Source: Octopus sinensis
Taxonomy: Eukaryota
Direction: 5' to 3'
Assembly (NCBI RefSeq): GCF_006345805.1
Contig: NW_021833024.1
Location: 285,645-349,644, forward strand
Length of the DNA stretch: 64,000 bases
Part shown: positions 1 through 14,960 of the stretch, one piece after another
Position numbering within the stretch: position 1 is the first letter of the stretch
Layout: each line of letters begins with the position of its first letter
The notes under the pieces: generated by a model
What the model saw: only the letters and a program-made list of their open reading frames with translations
What the model was told of the DNA's origin: nothing
The model's database searches: none
Program-made: the position numbers and the translations under genes

Positions 1-1204
1 AGCGTCATTTACTTGGTATTCTGTGGATGCGTCCATGGAAATGACTTTTCCAGACTGAGAAAAACCAACCATCCTTACACCACTAAACAAACTTAATTTC
101 TTACATTTATGTATATATAAATATTTGTTTAGGGATCGTTGAGACCCAAATAGAGCATGCTTCTTCAAAAAAGAAACTGGACAGTTGTATAATAAGGAAC
201 ACACGGTTTATGAAATTGTTTCTTTTTTTAATTCTCCAAAGCAGTCCACTCATAATAAAAAGTTGCCTCACTAAATGGACTTTTAGAGTTGAAATTGAGG
301 AATGACTTAGTCATACCATATTACAAGTATAACAAAGGTTATCTTGTGTTTGATAGTAATACAACGACCATCACATCCATTTCCACTTACTTCAAACAAG
401 ACAGTGCTGATACTGAGGAAATATCATTGACTAACAAAACAAAAAAACTAAAGAGTTGTTGATTGTTGCGAAAAGTGTAGGTAAATCATCTTGGGCCTTG
501 AACTTTAACGCGTATTTGTCAGTGAAAAAAAATAAGTGCAGTAAAATCAGATATTTTTGTGTCGAGTGTCGACATCGAATGGGGAATTGGCAGAGTATCT
601 CTATTTTTGAAGCAGGCAATTCTTTTTAAATCCAATGTATATATGACTGTAATGACCAGCTTTGGTAATTCTGCGCATTTAGTTACTTTTCCTTGGTTCT
701 TTCGTCCAGAAAGTTGATCAAGCGGTCATTTCGTTTCAAAGAACATCTGATATTTGTCCGAGAAATTTCCTTTGAAGTCTGATGGCAATTATTCTAACTC
801 GCATTTCTCTTAGGAATGCCATTTTGGTTCATTTCCTAGAAGTATAACGATTTTATTTGTATACATATGTTTTTATATTAAAGACTATTTCCTACTGTGA
901 TAACACTTAAAAGCCCTTCGTGAATTATTCAATTTGTTCGAAATAAGATATTTTCGTGTAAAAAATCCAATTACTTATAATATGGATTATCTAAAAATGT
1001 ATTTCAACAAATAATACTATCCGGATATAAGAAAATTTACTGTCAAAATATCAGAGTCGTTATCTCTAATCCATCAAAATACAAGAGCAGTGATTAATGA
1101 ATATATAAGAATTCGATTAAATGTGATTGATTTTACCTCAGAGTCCTTATCATTTGTTTATACGTGTACGGGAATGAGTTAATATGACTAAAACCACGTA
1201 AAGA

Positions 1205-3068
1205 ATGAAAATAAGGGTAGTAATGGGGACGTTTTTTCTACTCCATTTGATCTTCGGAACAAATGAAGGACTCCCCAGAGTGGAGACTGATAACGGAACA
1301 GTAGAAGGATTGACGACTTTACATTTAAATAAAGAAATTGACAAATTTCTTGGAATACCATTTGCCAAGCCACCAATAAACGAATTAAGATTTCAACGAC
1401 CAATTCCTCCTGATAATTGGACTGGGGTTTTTGAAGCAAAAAAACTTCCAAATTCTTGTGTTCAGGGCATTGACAAAAATTTTGGACGTTTTCAGGGAGT
1501 AGAAATGTGGAATGCAAACACTAATCGTAGTGAAGACTGTCTTTACCTCAACATTTGGAGACCGAAAGGAACGAAGGAATCCCTTCCAGTTATGGTCTGG
1601 ATATACGGCGGAGGATTCTACAGTGGCACATCTACACTTGAAGTTTATGATGGAACAACGTTGGCGGCAACAGAAAACATTGTTGTGGTAACATTCAACT
1701 ACAGAATTGGAATGCTTGGATTTATCGCACTTGGCCACCCTCAAGCTGACGGAAACGGAGGTTTATTCGATCAACTTTTGGCTATGAAATGGGTAAAGAA
1801 CAACATTGCCAATTTTGGTGGCGATCCAACAAGAATAACAATTTACGGAGAGAGTGCAGGTGCAGCGTCCGTAAGTATTCATTTGGTGTCAAAACTGAGT
1901 CGTCCTTATTATTCTCGAGCCATTTTGGGAAGTGGGGCATCAACAAGCAGTTGGGCTGTGGTTCCATACGACGAAATAAAACGACGTTCATTGCTGGTGG
2001 CGATAAAATATTTAAATTGTCCTGCAAAGATCGACCAAATTGAACTCATTTTAAATTGTCTGATCAGAATTAAAGATCCAATGCTTATTGCAAAATATGA
2101 ATTTTATGTCGTCGATGGAATTTCTCAGTTTCCGTTTGTTCCTGTCATTGACGGACATTTCCTCACAAAACATCCTTCAAAATCATTCGCTTTGGGGGAC
2201 TTCAAAGACTGTCCGCTCCTGATGGGAACTGTCAAGAACGAAGGAAACTACTTTATAGTCTACGAATCACTAAAAACTTACAATATTTTAAATGGCAGTG
2301 ACCTTGATGCGGCAAATTTCTCATGGACAATGTCAAATTTATTTTATTACTATCCAATTTATCCATTTGTGTCATCAATTTTGATTACTGACTTGATCAA
2401 ATTTTTTTACAGTCCGTGGAATAATCCCCAGCCATCCAACATCGACTACAGATCAGCCATTGATGCAGCAGTGGGAGATTGCTATTTTATTTGTGGTTTG
2501 AACATTATTTCGGAAGCATATTCCGACAGAGGACTACCTGTTTATTACTACAGATTTTGGCACCGATCTTCTGCAAGTACCTGGCCTGAATGGATGGGTG
2601 TGATCCATGGAGATGAACTTATTTATACCTTTGGAGTTCCTCTGACTCAGATTGATAAATATCTTTTAGAAGAAGTCGAACTTTCAAAACGAATGCTTCG
2701 ATATTGGGGAAACTTTCTAAGATCTGGGTTGATAATATTTTTTGGCTTTTTTAGAGATCCAAATAAGCCAAATAACATTGTTTCAAATCAGCTGCTCTCT
2801 TACTGGCCTCCACAGACATCGTTGGATAAAAAATATATTTTTTTGAAGACTACAACCGACTCAACGGTACAAATGATTGGTACAAACCCACGGTCATATC
2901 AATGCGCATTTTGGAATTCTTTTATGCCTAAATTCGCTTCAAGTATTTGATTTTTGGCTCAATAAGTTAGATATATATGAAAGGTCCAGTTGCAAGGGAC
3001 ATGAAAAAATGTCAAGTTTTTACTATTTTTCGGTTATTATTTTACAGCTTATAAATTTCTGGTTATAA
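1205..3068 (+). CDS. ACHE: Acetylcholinesterase (invertebrate ace-1 type), signal peptide, GPI-type hydrophobic C-terminus; exons 1205-2727, 2755-2942, 2971-3068
   Basis: Signal peptide MKIRVVMGTFFLLHLIFG. Motifs SEDCLYLNIW, oxyanion GGGFYSG, GESAG (Ser), KNEGNYF (Glu), WMGVIHGDE (His) and choline-binding Trp in EMWNANT. Removing a 27-nt intron (2728-2754) restores RSGDPN; removing a 28-nt intron (2943-2970) joins a tail ending SSCKGHEKMSSFYYFSVIILQLINFWL. Confidence 0.95.
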
Positions 3069-3171
3069 AATAGTAGTTTTTGTTGAATTATAAAATATAT
3101 TTACAATCGATACTTTCAAACTAAAATACACACTTGTTTGCGTGGTGGTGTACATAATATTATAACTCATA

Positions 3172-6100
3172 ATGCAGGACCATATGTCTTCGCAAGCTTT
3201 ATTTGACTATTTAAACTGTGATCCTACTATTGGCCTATCCCGAACGGAAGTAATTTCCATTAGGCAAAGAACAGGGTTCAACGAATTGAAAAAACACAAA
3301 CCAACTCCTCTCTACATACGCTATCTCCAACAGGTGAAAAAATCCCTTATTCCCAGTTCACCGAGCCTATGATACTTCTCCTCATAATCTCCGCAGCAAT
3401 CAGTCTAATAATAGGCCACTACGACGACGCCACGAGCATAGCTGTTGCCATTTTCATCGTTGTGAGCGTCTCCTTTATTCAAGTATATTTAAAAAATCTC
3501 ACAATTAGGAATATCGATCTGAAAAATCGATCGATTCACTAAAAAAACTTGTCCCGATGATGTGTCGCTGGTTTTTGACGACTTTTATATTTTAAAGTTT
3601 AAGGGAAGGAAACGTGGAACTAATTGAAGCCAAAGAACTTGTTCCCGGAGACGTTGTCCTTCTTGAAATAGGAGATCGAGTTTCTGCTGATATTCGACTT
3701 TTTGAAGTATAATTTTTAGCTATTTTAGGCCGTGGATTTGTTTGTAAATGAATCTGGTTTTACAGGAGAAAATGAGCCACAGCACAAGATTGTAGACGCC
3801 AGTGGGACTACAAATCGGTCCCTGGTTTATATGGGAACTTATATAGTTGGAGGACACGGCAAGGTTGTTTGTTTTTTGTTTATTTTTTAGGGTTTTGTGG
3901 TAGCAATCGGAAGTAGCACACAGTTTGGGGAAGTGTTTGAACTTGTGCAATCAGAAGAGGTTGATTGTCCAAAAATGTTAATTTTAAAGCCACCAAAAAG
4001 TCCTTTGCAGATAAATATGTATATTTTGGGTAAACAACTCACAATTTTCTCTCTGACTATAATCGGACTCATTATGGTGACGGCGTTTTTCCAACACAGA
4101 GAGATCCTTCATGTTTTTACTACTGCTGTGAGGTTATTGGCTCATTTAATACTTGTAGTTTAGCAGTGGCCGCAATTCCCGAGGGTTTGCCAATCGTGGT
4201 GACAGTTACGTTGGCCATTGCTATCATTCGAGTGGCCAAATTACGTTGTATTATAAAAAGGATGTCGACAGTGGACACATTGGGTAGTACTACTTACAAT
4301 ATATAGCCTGTGTCAATGTTTGTTGTTGTGATAAGACGGGGACACTCACAAAAAACGAGATGACTGTCACTGACATGATCACCCCCGATGGGGAACATTT
4401 CAATGTGAGTGGTGCGGGCTATTTTGAGGACGGAGTTGTGTATTTGGCGGGAAATCCTGTTGTACAGGAGTCCGCACTGTCCCTTTCTTACCTCCTAGAA
4501 GTAGCCCGTATTTTATAAGTGTGTTTAGACGGCCTGTGTTTGTTGCAATGCTGACTTTCCTACACCTGGAAGCGTGAATGGTCAGCCGACGGAACTGGCG
4601 ATATTAAAATGTGCCCAAAAGGTTTATTTGCTTGTGGGGATTTCTTTAGTTCAGAATGGAGGATCCTCGGCTTAGACGTTTTTACAGAATCAGAGAATGG
4701 CCGTTTAGTTCTGAGTCAAAAACGATGGGAGTTTTGTGCACGATAAACGACGTATTGCCTACATTAAAATTCTAAAGGGATCACAAAACGGGAATGTCTA
4801 TTTCTTGAAGGGGGCTTATGAAATAATCATTTCTCGGTGTTCTTTTTACTTTGATTCAATCCGTGGATATTCTCTTCCAATTTCCGCCCAGGATTTGAGT
4901 CGTTTTTCGGCACATGTAAAAGAATTGGCATCCAAAGGTCTCCGAAGTAAGACTAAAATAAATAAATCGAGTCATTTCTGTGGCACGTGGGTTTTCGGAT
5001 GATGGAATGTCGTATGTGGGGTCGATTGGACTGATGGATCCACCCAGAGAGGATGTCGTTGAGTCCATACAAGTCCTACAAAGGGCTGGCATAGCTGTGA
5101 AAATGATAACCGGAGATTCACAAGACACAGCCCTCTCGATTGGTTATTTTATTAAGTGTATATTCAGCTGGGAATTTGGGAATCCGATTGCCGAATGACC
5201 GTTATTTGTCGGGGGATGAAATAGAAGAGATGGACTTGATGGAGACGACTGTGTTTTATAGGACGAGTCCCAAGCACAAGCTGATTATAGTGAAGGGACT
5301 GCAGTCGACGGGGAATGTGGTTATGATGAGTGGAGATGGAGTGAATGATGCAGCAGCACTGAGGTGTGCAGATGTGGGAATAGCCATGGGAATGACTGGA
5401 ACTGACACCTGTCGTGAAGCAGCCGACTTGATTTTAGCCCGAGATGAGTTTAGAGTTATTGGGTTGACTAATTTGGCTGAAATCAACAGAAATGCTGTCG
5501 CAGAGGGGAGAAGTATAATTCATAATATCAGGAATTTTGTCAAGTTTCAGCTTAGTACTAGTTTGGCTGCATTGAGTCTGACTGGGCTGGCTACACTCGC
5601 TAATCTGCCCAATCCACTCAATGCAATGCAAATATTGTGGATTAACATTATTATGGACGGGCCTCAGGCTCAGAGGTGTGTTGTTTGTGTTATTTTAGTG
5701 TCGCAATGGAACCGTTTGACAGTGATGTGATGAATAGACCACCTCGCTGTGCAAATGAACCCATTATTACTCGGAAATTGCTTTTTGACATAATTTTTGC
5801 AGCCTTTATTATAACGACGGGGGTTTTTGGTCTTTTTAAGGTGGAATTGAGTCGTGGGGGCTCCCAGTATTCCACAAAGGCATTCACGTGCTTTGTCTTT
5901 TATGATATGTTTAATGCACTTAATTGTAGATCTGCTGTATTTTGTGTATTATTTAGATATTTTTAGGACAAATCAATTTTCTCTGTTGGTTTTTTCAAAA
6001 ATAAGTCTTTTGTTGTGGCAGTTGTGTTTTCGTTAATTGGACAGCTGTTGGTTATATATTTCCCTCCATTGAAAAAGGTTTTCCAGACTGAAGCACTTAA

Positions 6101-6258
6101 ATTAAATGGTTTATATTATTTGATTAAAATTAATAGATTTAATCAAAATTTTATTAATTTCATCGAGTATATTTATTTTATTTGAAATTAAAAAGTTTGT
6201 TGTAAGTCGAAGACACGTGTTTTTAAATTATTCAAAAAATTCAGATATTTTAGTTTAA
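3172..6258 (+). CDS. ATP2C1: Secretory pathway Ca2+/Mn2+ P-type ATPase (SPCA, P2A), many 22-30 nt introns
   Basis: Spliced translation gives [35 protein letters not shown], phosphorylation motif [51 protein letters not shown] and [14 protein letters not shown]; stop TAA at 6256-6258. Confidence 0.93.
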
Positions 6259-6315
6259 TTACTTTTTTTGCTCTGTTTATTTATTTAATAATAATAAATT
6301 TTTAAATAATTAGTG

Positions 6316-7001
<686 letters not shown>

Positions 7002-7156
7002 TTCACTAACATTTTTAACCGTTTATTAATAAAGTCTGAGAGTAATACATTTTTTATTTAGAGTTTTAAATAATTGTAGAGATTGATAAAAATGGCACGG
7101 AAATTGCTTTTTTTTACATCAGTGAAAATGGTGAATTGATTGTTTACTATTTAGAC

Positions 7157-7560
7157 CAGTGGTTCTCAACTTTTGTTTTTGTATTGCTTCTTTATTTTTT
7201 AATGAGATCCTTATTGTTGATGAAGATTGACAAGTTTTTCAAAATTAGTACTACTTTTCGTAAGTGTGATTCTAATGTCTCCTCTTTCTTCAATGTTTAG
7301 TTTGTTTTTCTTCCGATCATACTATTCAGAGTTCCGAATCCTCTCTATATGCATTTTAATGTAGGAAAACATAATATTATTGGCATAATTTTTTACCATA
7401 ATTTCGAGAATTTTGAATCCGCTTGTTTTAGTCAAAAATTTGAAATTTCCTATGAATAATTCTCGAATCTGCTCTTCAAGTATTAATGAAAATTATTTTT
7501 TACCTAATTGTAAGTTAAATTAATTAAAATTCTAAAATTTTCAATATACGCTAATGATGT
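7157..7560. mobile_element. hAT-type terminus (CAGTGGTTCTCAAC) followed by degraded DNA-transposon sequence
   Basis: Charlie/SPIN-like terminal motif at 7157; downstream minus-strand fragments are degenerate with no intact ORF. Confidence 0.35.
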
Positions 7561-9779
7561 GTTTTTGTGTTAGCTTTCTACCAGCACAAAAATTTTTATA
7601 CCAAAATATATTTGTGACAACCCATATGTTTCTGCACTTCAAATTTTCAGCATTCTTTCTTCACGAGCGAAAATTTCTTCAAGAACCATAAACGACTTTA
7701 AATAAAATAAGATTTTTGATTAGGACTGATATCAAAAAATTAAACATAACTAAAATTCCAAACTCAAATTCAACGAAATTGGTAAAGCGATATATTCTCT
7801 CTTTGTTGTGATCTGGCCTTTCTCGTCGAGAAAGTGAGGAAGGCCGGGGATGCATAATGGACAATCAATTGGCACTCATTGAGTCGGTGAGTGGCACGTA
7901 GTATTTTAGAGTTTTGTGGAGAAGGTGTGTTTCGTTTAATCTCGATTTTAATGGATTCTACTCGAATATTATTAATCACTCTTGAATAGTTGAATCAATT
8001 ATTGTTGAGCCAGGAGTTCCCATTACAACATTAAACATTGTACTACAGCGGCGAATCTGGCCTTTATTGTCTCCCGGTTTCGCCCGTGCTTAAATAAATT
8101 ACACGACACTACTAAAATGATTAGTCTAACAAGGTCGTTCGAGAATTACAATGTCACAACCAATCCTGGAGCAGTATTGTACTATTCCCGATCTTGCGTG
8201 TAAAAAATAACTGAAATGAAACTTACTTGAGACTTGAAAAACCCACCAAAGACCCGCGAGCCAGCTTTTGCCGACCTATGTGCTTATTAATAATAGTAAT
8301 CCGGGTTTTATAAATTTGTTAGTGACAATGAAAAATATCATTTTTGGTAGCTCGGGCCTAAATGGTGGTGTCGTAGCAACTCCTCACAAAGTGAACGTGA
8401 TCCAAAGTTGGATTCTCTCTTAGGGCGGGGTCGAACTGTATTATTATTAACCCGCAAGCTTGCATAGCATAGCAAACTCAGCACAAACAGTCATAGCTAA
8501 CTAATCGAATGGAGAAGCTAAGGAAGAAGAAACTGTCTGTGCCAATCACCATTAGCCTTCAAATCTTTAATACAGCCTTCCGGATCCAAAGAGAGGTAGG
8601 GAATATCTGGTTCGCCCAGTTCTCATTTGTCAGCCTCCTACCGTAGCTTACCGCACGTCATTTGTTTTCGGAAGGGTTTTACATAATGAAGAATTTTTCA
8701 TTGGTAATGTGATCAAGGGACTGTATTTTTTGTATGTTAAAGCTTGATAAATAATCAAAATGCATAATCAACCATTTTTAAATTCGAATCAGATTAATAG
8801 TAAATTGAATTAATTATGTAAATTCTATCTTAAATTATTTAAGAATCCAGATCGAATTATTTAATTTGCTTTAAACGGTCTTGCGAGGTAACTCCACTTC
8901 GATTAAATGAATTCTCTTTTCCTCTTGTCATAAACGAAAATATCAGGTTTATTGAATTGAACTTTCGTTTCAGTCATAATTAGGGCAATTTAAGTTAAAA
9001 GTTAAAATATATGAAAATGTGTATTTTGGCTTAAACAAAATAAATAAAGTATTTTTTAAATGAAATAGTTACTTATTAAAGAAAAAAATAAAGTTAAAAA
9101 GTTAAAAAAAAATTTTATAAAGTTAAAAATTTTAACTTTATTTAAATAGCGCGTGGGGGTTTAGTATGCCAAGAACTGCAAAAACAATGTATTTAAGGCA
9201 AAAAAATTGTTATTGAATATCGCTGGAGTTTTTATTACGAGAGAATGCGAGTTGCAATGTCAATTTGCTTATGCACAGTCAGGTGTGAGGGAAAAGCATT
9301 TTGTGAATTCTCACCGAGAGAATCGAAGAAGCACCAAATTTATTAAGTTTTTACAATTAATTTAATTTTTAGAGAATAATTTCTATCAGCTTTGTTGGAC
9401 GAGTTACCAATGATGACTGGTCAATGCAAGTCACTAAGCATTTATTCAATGCGATTTACCCTTGCATAAATTGACTATGCCTCCTCTAAAGAATTTATTC
9501 AAGAATACTTCTTTGCCTCTTCCTTCCCAATACAAAGCAAGAATGTGCGTTAAACAATTGAAAACTGAATATATTGATTATTTTCAAGAAAGTTTAGGTT
9601 TTGAATATATAATTTTTAGAATCAACTTGTATTCGCCATAAGTGACGAGGTCACTATTCGTAGTCAAAAATTTGTTGCGTTTTAAGGGGATACTTAAAAA
9701 TCCGATAAAACTTATTTGATTTCTTTCGTAAAAATTGATAAAACTTCTACCAAAGAAACAATTATTCAAATTGTTGACG

Positions 9780-10080
9780 ATACGATTAAATGCGTTTAAT
9801 TGAAGACAAAATTTCCTTCTCCTAATAACAGATTCCGCTAAATATATGCTAGCAGGTTTTAATTTACATATAATTATAGCTGGAAAAGTTCTTAAGCTTT
9901 TATATCCAAGGTTATTTCACGTAACTTGTGTTGCTCATCTGATGCCATAATTGTTCAATGAAAATCAGGACTATTTATCTGAAATGATTCTCTTATTGCA
10001 TCAATTCAAGCGGCAATAACAAAAAATAACAGAGAAAACGACTATTTAATGAAATTGGAATTCCACCTATGTAGTTTTAA
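9780..10080 (+). mobile_element. hAT-like (DUF659-type) transposase remnant
   Basis: Fragment AGKVLKLLYPRLFHVTCVAHL resembles the CxxH motif of hAT transposases; frameshifted. Confidence 0.45.
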
Positions 10081-11260
10081 CTAGATGGGGTACTTGGCTA
10101 ACTGCTGCATTTTATTATGCAAAAAATTTAATGGACCATTGTTCCCTTTCGATAGCCATTGCGAAGAAGTAGATATGTCGACATCTGATTCCTCCATACA
10201 TTTGAACATCACCGAGTGTAGTGATTTACTGTTAATTCGGTTAAGCAAGAGTTTCCTTTGTGCGTCCTTCAGTAACTCAATAATCAGATTTTCCCTGCCG
10301 ACAGCTGCATATTTGAAGACAAGAATTCTGCGATTGTGGCTAAGTGCCATTTTTTTCCTTTTATTACTCGCAGAATACCGACCTCCGCAGACAGGTAGTC
10401 GACTGTTTTTCCAAACTTTAAGAAACTGGAAGAGTATTTATTCGTTTTGAAAGAAATTGAGGCAAGTCCTCTTCCAAGGTCTTGCGGTCCAAATAACCTC
10501 TCCTTATTTGCAGGTGTGTAACTGAGAATCGTAAGTAATCGGCGTATTGTTGGTCAATCTCATCAATTCGCCATCACCAAACCCATATAGGGTGGCTTCG
10601 TTGCTCGAAAATAAATTTCGATAAAATCTTCTGCGGTTTAATTCAAAACACGCATGCCTCTCCGGAAATCCTTCCTCAAGGAATGGATAGATATCTGTTT
10701 CTTTTTTATTCTAATTAGATCATTCAATAGAGTCTCCATTCTGGTTAGCTCCCCCTTCTTAGACTTCTTATATCCGTAGCGGCAGAGAACATTCATTGCC
10801 TTTTGCTTTTCTGCCTGAGGCAAGGTTTGTTTGAAGAAGGAACGAACTGTGTCAATTTCATCTGCTAATTTAGAGATTTTTCTTTCCATGTTTTCCAACC
10901 ATGTGGTCTGGCTCTCGTAGTTAAGGCCAAATAAGCACACTGTGCAGAGAATATCGGTAATTTGATTAATATCTTGGGGCGGATCATCTTTTGTAATATG
11001 ATAAATTGCAGAGTTTAATCCAGCCAGGATATCAATCATCTTGCACTCTGGAAGAGTCGCATCTCCCTTGCACATTGTTATTCCGTCTAGCCATGCTCTT
11101 TAGTTGACATAAAATGGAGCACTTTGCCGAGTAATTCTCATTGAACTTCTCCAGGACAAGGTTCCAGCCACCTCTTGGCATCCTTCCAAGTCTACAGGAA
11201 GGCCCGTAAGTTTCGTTTTCCTTAACTGCTTGGAAACGTACATGCACACACCACAACAAC
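10081..11260 (-). mobile_element. N-terminal part of an R4/R2-like (RLE-clade) non-LTR retrotransposon, disrupted
   Basis: Broken ORFs (10638-11075, 11032-11259, 10081-10350). The 5' part (CVHVRFQ...CQLKSMARRNNNV...CDS.RVQ) is clearly homologous to 43046-43336; clade assignment is from memory of such elements. Confidence 0.55.
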
Positions 11261-11583
11261 TATTATGACTTATTTATTTATTAAATCACCAAGACCACGC
11301 TAAAAACCGAACAAACGGATAATCAATAATGATTTTAGAAATAAATATTCTAACCTAATTAAAAAGTGATAAAAACGAATAAAGTTTTAATAATGGTTCT
11401 CAAGTAAACTATTCGCATCCTCATCTATAGCGACTTTTGAGTTTACTGAGAGATGACTTGATAAGCATTCAAAGTTTTCAAAAGAAAACACTTTTGGCTG
11501 GTGAAGCGAATTTATCCTGAAATATTAGTTTCTAAAATCATACGGAAAGTAGTCATTATAATCTAAAAATATATTGCCATAAT

Positions 11584-13347
11584 TTAACCACTGTAGCTGT
11601 GGCGAGTCTTTCGAAGCCAAAGGAATATCCCCAACAATAAAAGCCCAAACACAAGAATCAGCGCTAAAGGAATCCATAAAACGTAGACAAGGGAAATTCC
11701 TTCTTCCCACTTGATTCTCACTGGGATAATCAGACACCATAAACTTACAATTTGCTAAAGAAATTGTAACTGTGCGGTTTAATTTAATAAATCCGTCGGA
11801 TAAGATACACGTGAAAGATTTTGTCTCATTTTCCATTTTTTTCAGTTTGTCGGACGGCAATGTAATTATGAAACTACTCTTGTTTCCTTCATCTAATATA
11901 AAATAGATTGAATTGTTCAGTTCAGTAGGTTTGCCTTCATATAACCAGCTTATTTTTATTTCTCGAATTGGGTCAACAGTTCCTTGGCACGTAATTCTTG
12001 GTCGGTTAAACAAAACTATTTCTTTGTTGTTGGGGACAGAGATTGTTGGATATTCTATAATTTTGAGGTAAACTGTTTTCGCATTTCGTCCAAACTGATT
12101 TTGAGCAATACATTTAACACTCAGCGATTGAGTGGCCTTGGAAATTTCAAAAGTTGTTTCATTTTTGATATGCATATTATTATGTTTATTTAAATCTGAA
12201 ACGATTAATTACTACAACTACCGTATTCCACCGAATCGACATACCAAGTTAAGGTAGGAATTGGGTAGCCTGCTTTTGGGACACATTTAAATGTCACATT
12301 ATCTCCTCTTGTGGCATTCACTGAAATTAATGAACTGGAAATGATAGGCATTTCTGGCAATATTTAACAAAATATAACCATAAATAGAAACAGTGAACTC
12401 ATATTTGTGTTTAAGAAGATACTTTTTAAAAAAGGGAACACACGAATATAATTTTTTTGGAATTATTTCACTCACATTAATTGATATAAAGTTATTTCCG
12501 ATGAACGTGTCTCCTTCAAAAATGCCAATAGTATTATAATTTCTAAAAAAAAATTTTCGAAGGAAACCTCCCAAAAAACAAACAAGGGTAAATTTTTTCA
12601 GATTTTCCAAGCTCAATTTTTATGTCCTGTCCTCTTGGGTAAACATGGACCAAATCAAAAAAAGTTTCTTTTATAAGAAAATAATAATACCATTAATTGG
12701 ATTTTCAAAAGTGTACGATAAGTAGTAATTTGGATCAGCTTGTTTAATGCACTTGTACACATATTTTAAGTCTTCTTTGAGCAAATATTTGATGTACAAA
12801 TCGTTATCTATAATCACAAGTCTGTGACTCATTGACGTCGAGATAATGTCTTCTGGATCGTTTCTCATTATTTCATTGTTGTCTATTATCTTAGAATTCT
12901 GACGTTTGATCCAAATACAGTCATTGCCTCTAAGGACTGCATAAGGGGAATTTTGTTTTAAAACTATAATAAATTGTCTCAGGTATACCAATATTCATAT
13001 TATTGAATGACGTTACATTCATTTCGAGAGATGTTTCACGACCGCATTCGTTTTCGACAGAACAGGTAAAGACTCCTGGCTGGATGTAGTGCTTACTGAA
13101 TACGAGGTTTCTTCCGTCCATATGGAAAGGTACAATTTGCTTAAAATCAATGGAGACACCATCTATTGTCCACCTGACTATAAATAATAATATCAAACAT
13201 GTAGTTTTTTTCAGGAAATGTATTTATAGGACATTCTATGTGATAATACGTGTCATTAAGAAGAATTGTAGTGTCGGACGTGTCCATATATGGAGGGAGA
13301 CAGACATTCGCTGTAAGAGTAAAAAATAGGAACAGATAAAGCAGCAT
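11584..13347 (-). CDS. Ig-superfamily single-pass membrane protein, paralogue 1
   Basis: Signal peptide MLLYLFLFFTLTA; Ig-like C...W...C patterns (IECP..WTIDG..FTCSVENECG; ITCQG..ISWLYEG..FTCIL). Mini-introns of 23-28 nt join the ORFs in frame. The last exon encodes TM LVYVLWIPLALILVFGLLLLGIFLWL and a short tail RKTRHSYSG*. Confidence 0.8.
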
Positions 13348-14299
13348 TTATGTTTATTATCGGCTTTTTTATGTTAAATATTTGCGGAAATTCTTTTCCG
13401 ATATTTGGTGCAAAGAAAACAAGGTTTAGTCAAAATCAATATCTTACATTATCACATTCAGATAAGCCATATCTCGGCCTAATGCTAGTTTTACTGTGTC
13501 AGGGTTAACTAATGGGATCAATTATTGCTATATTAGTCTCATAGATGGAACATGAACTCATTTTATTTCCAAATATGTCAACTAAGTTGTTTTCTGATAG
13601 GGCTAAAAAATTAATTCAAAGTTTTATTGTTATAAATGTTTAACTGAAATGAACAGATTGAATCAATTTCTTTAAAACCAACTGAGAAAAATTATAGAGA
13701 TAAAATTACCAAGAAAAATATCAAACAGACATTCAGGACCGATCAACGTGAATATTCTGAATTCCAGATAGCGAGTGTTTGGCCACGTATTAAGACTGGA
13801 CAGTATCATTTCTCCAAATATCGCACTAGAAAGCTATTTTAATTGATCCGAAGGCGCATTCCGTAAAAAGCCCAGAGCCACTCTACCTACTCAAAACTTT
13901 TGATTTTTAGTTACTGCAAAATAATAATAATACATAAATGTTTAACAGAATATAAAACATTATCCAGCCAGAATAAGATTAATATATAAACGTATGAACA
14001 TAATTGTTTTCAGATTTTCAACTATCTGTTAAAAATTAGTCAAGATCCTTGTTGAAATAAAAAGTAGGTCAATTAATTTATATAAACCTTTTACAAGTTT
14101 AAAACCCACTTGTTGGAAACACTCAAAGACAAATTAGTTAATGTATCACATAAAAACACTAACAAACAGTCGTTCTGTTTCAATAGAAACAAATTAGAGT
14201 GATGTTAAATGCTCAAGGAAAAGAATAAGGCTATTTTATAGAGATTCGAATTTAGACAATTTATTTATTTTACTAGTTAGGAAGACAGGAAATACTAGC

Positions 14300-14960
14300 C
14301 ATTATCGACGACGGGAAATTTTTAAAAGAATGAGGCACCGGAGTGTCTCTACTGAGCAGCATATTTCCCTGATAGACACTTTAGATATCTGACGTCCACT
14401 ACAAAGCAACCGCGCCTTCTCCAGGACGGACTGTATTTTGGGGACGCAGGATTCATAAGCGTTATCCAATTTTTCTTTGAGATCGAGACCGTAGGCCAAC
14501 TTAATGGCGTAACGCCTCGTTTTCTCGAGTTTGTTGATTAGACAAACCCTCTCACTTGTGTCATACCAGCCCTCAAACCCGTATGTGAGAATCGGTTGTA
14601 CACATGTCTTGTATATGTAGATGTATGTTTCTGGTCTCAGATAAAATCTGATCAGGCTTCGTAGGATTTTAACGGCTCTCTTCTTTTGGGTATCGATATG
14701 ATTTCCCTAACTCCAAAGACACGAGCAGTTTCGTTCCTCCGCTTCGACAGCCTGCACACTGTGCTCTTGTCACGGGCCAGCGTTAGACCTTTGCACGAGT
14801 CCATTCCATTATCCTTGCAAGGTATGGTTCGAGCCCCGCCTTCGAATTCGACTGTAAAACTTCTTTGTTGAATCAATCCTGTTCTACAACTCAAAGACCT
14901 GGGGTCTAACTGCCAAAGAACTAGAACAGCTCAATTTTCTACAGAAAACAATTAATACTA
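14300..14960 (-). mobile_element. APE-type LINE reverse transcriptase C-terminal remnant
   Basis: IYKTCVQPILTYGFEGWY...KLEKTRRYAIKLAYGLDL; same family as 53149-53496. Confidence 0.65.

Noticed and set aside
1205-2950. The 581-aa ORF as an intronless complete AChE
   Set aside because: The insert LIIFFGFFR interrupts the conserved GDPN motif and is a 27-nt intron; the true C-terminus probably lies in a further exon.
12930-12991. Apparent frameshift suggesting Ig paralogue 1 is a pseudogene
   Set aside because: A 25-nt GT-AG intron (gtatacctgagacaatttattatag on the minus strand) at the same position as an intron in paralogue 2 restores the frame.
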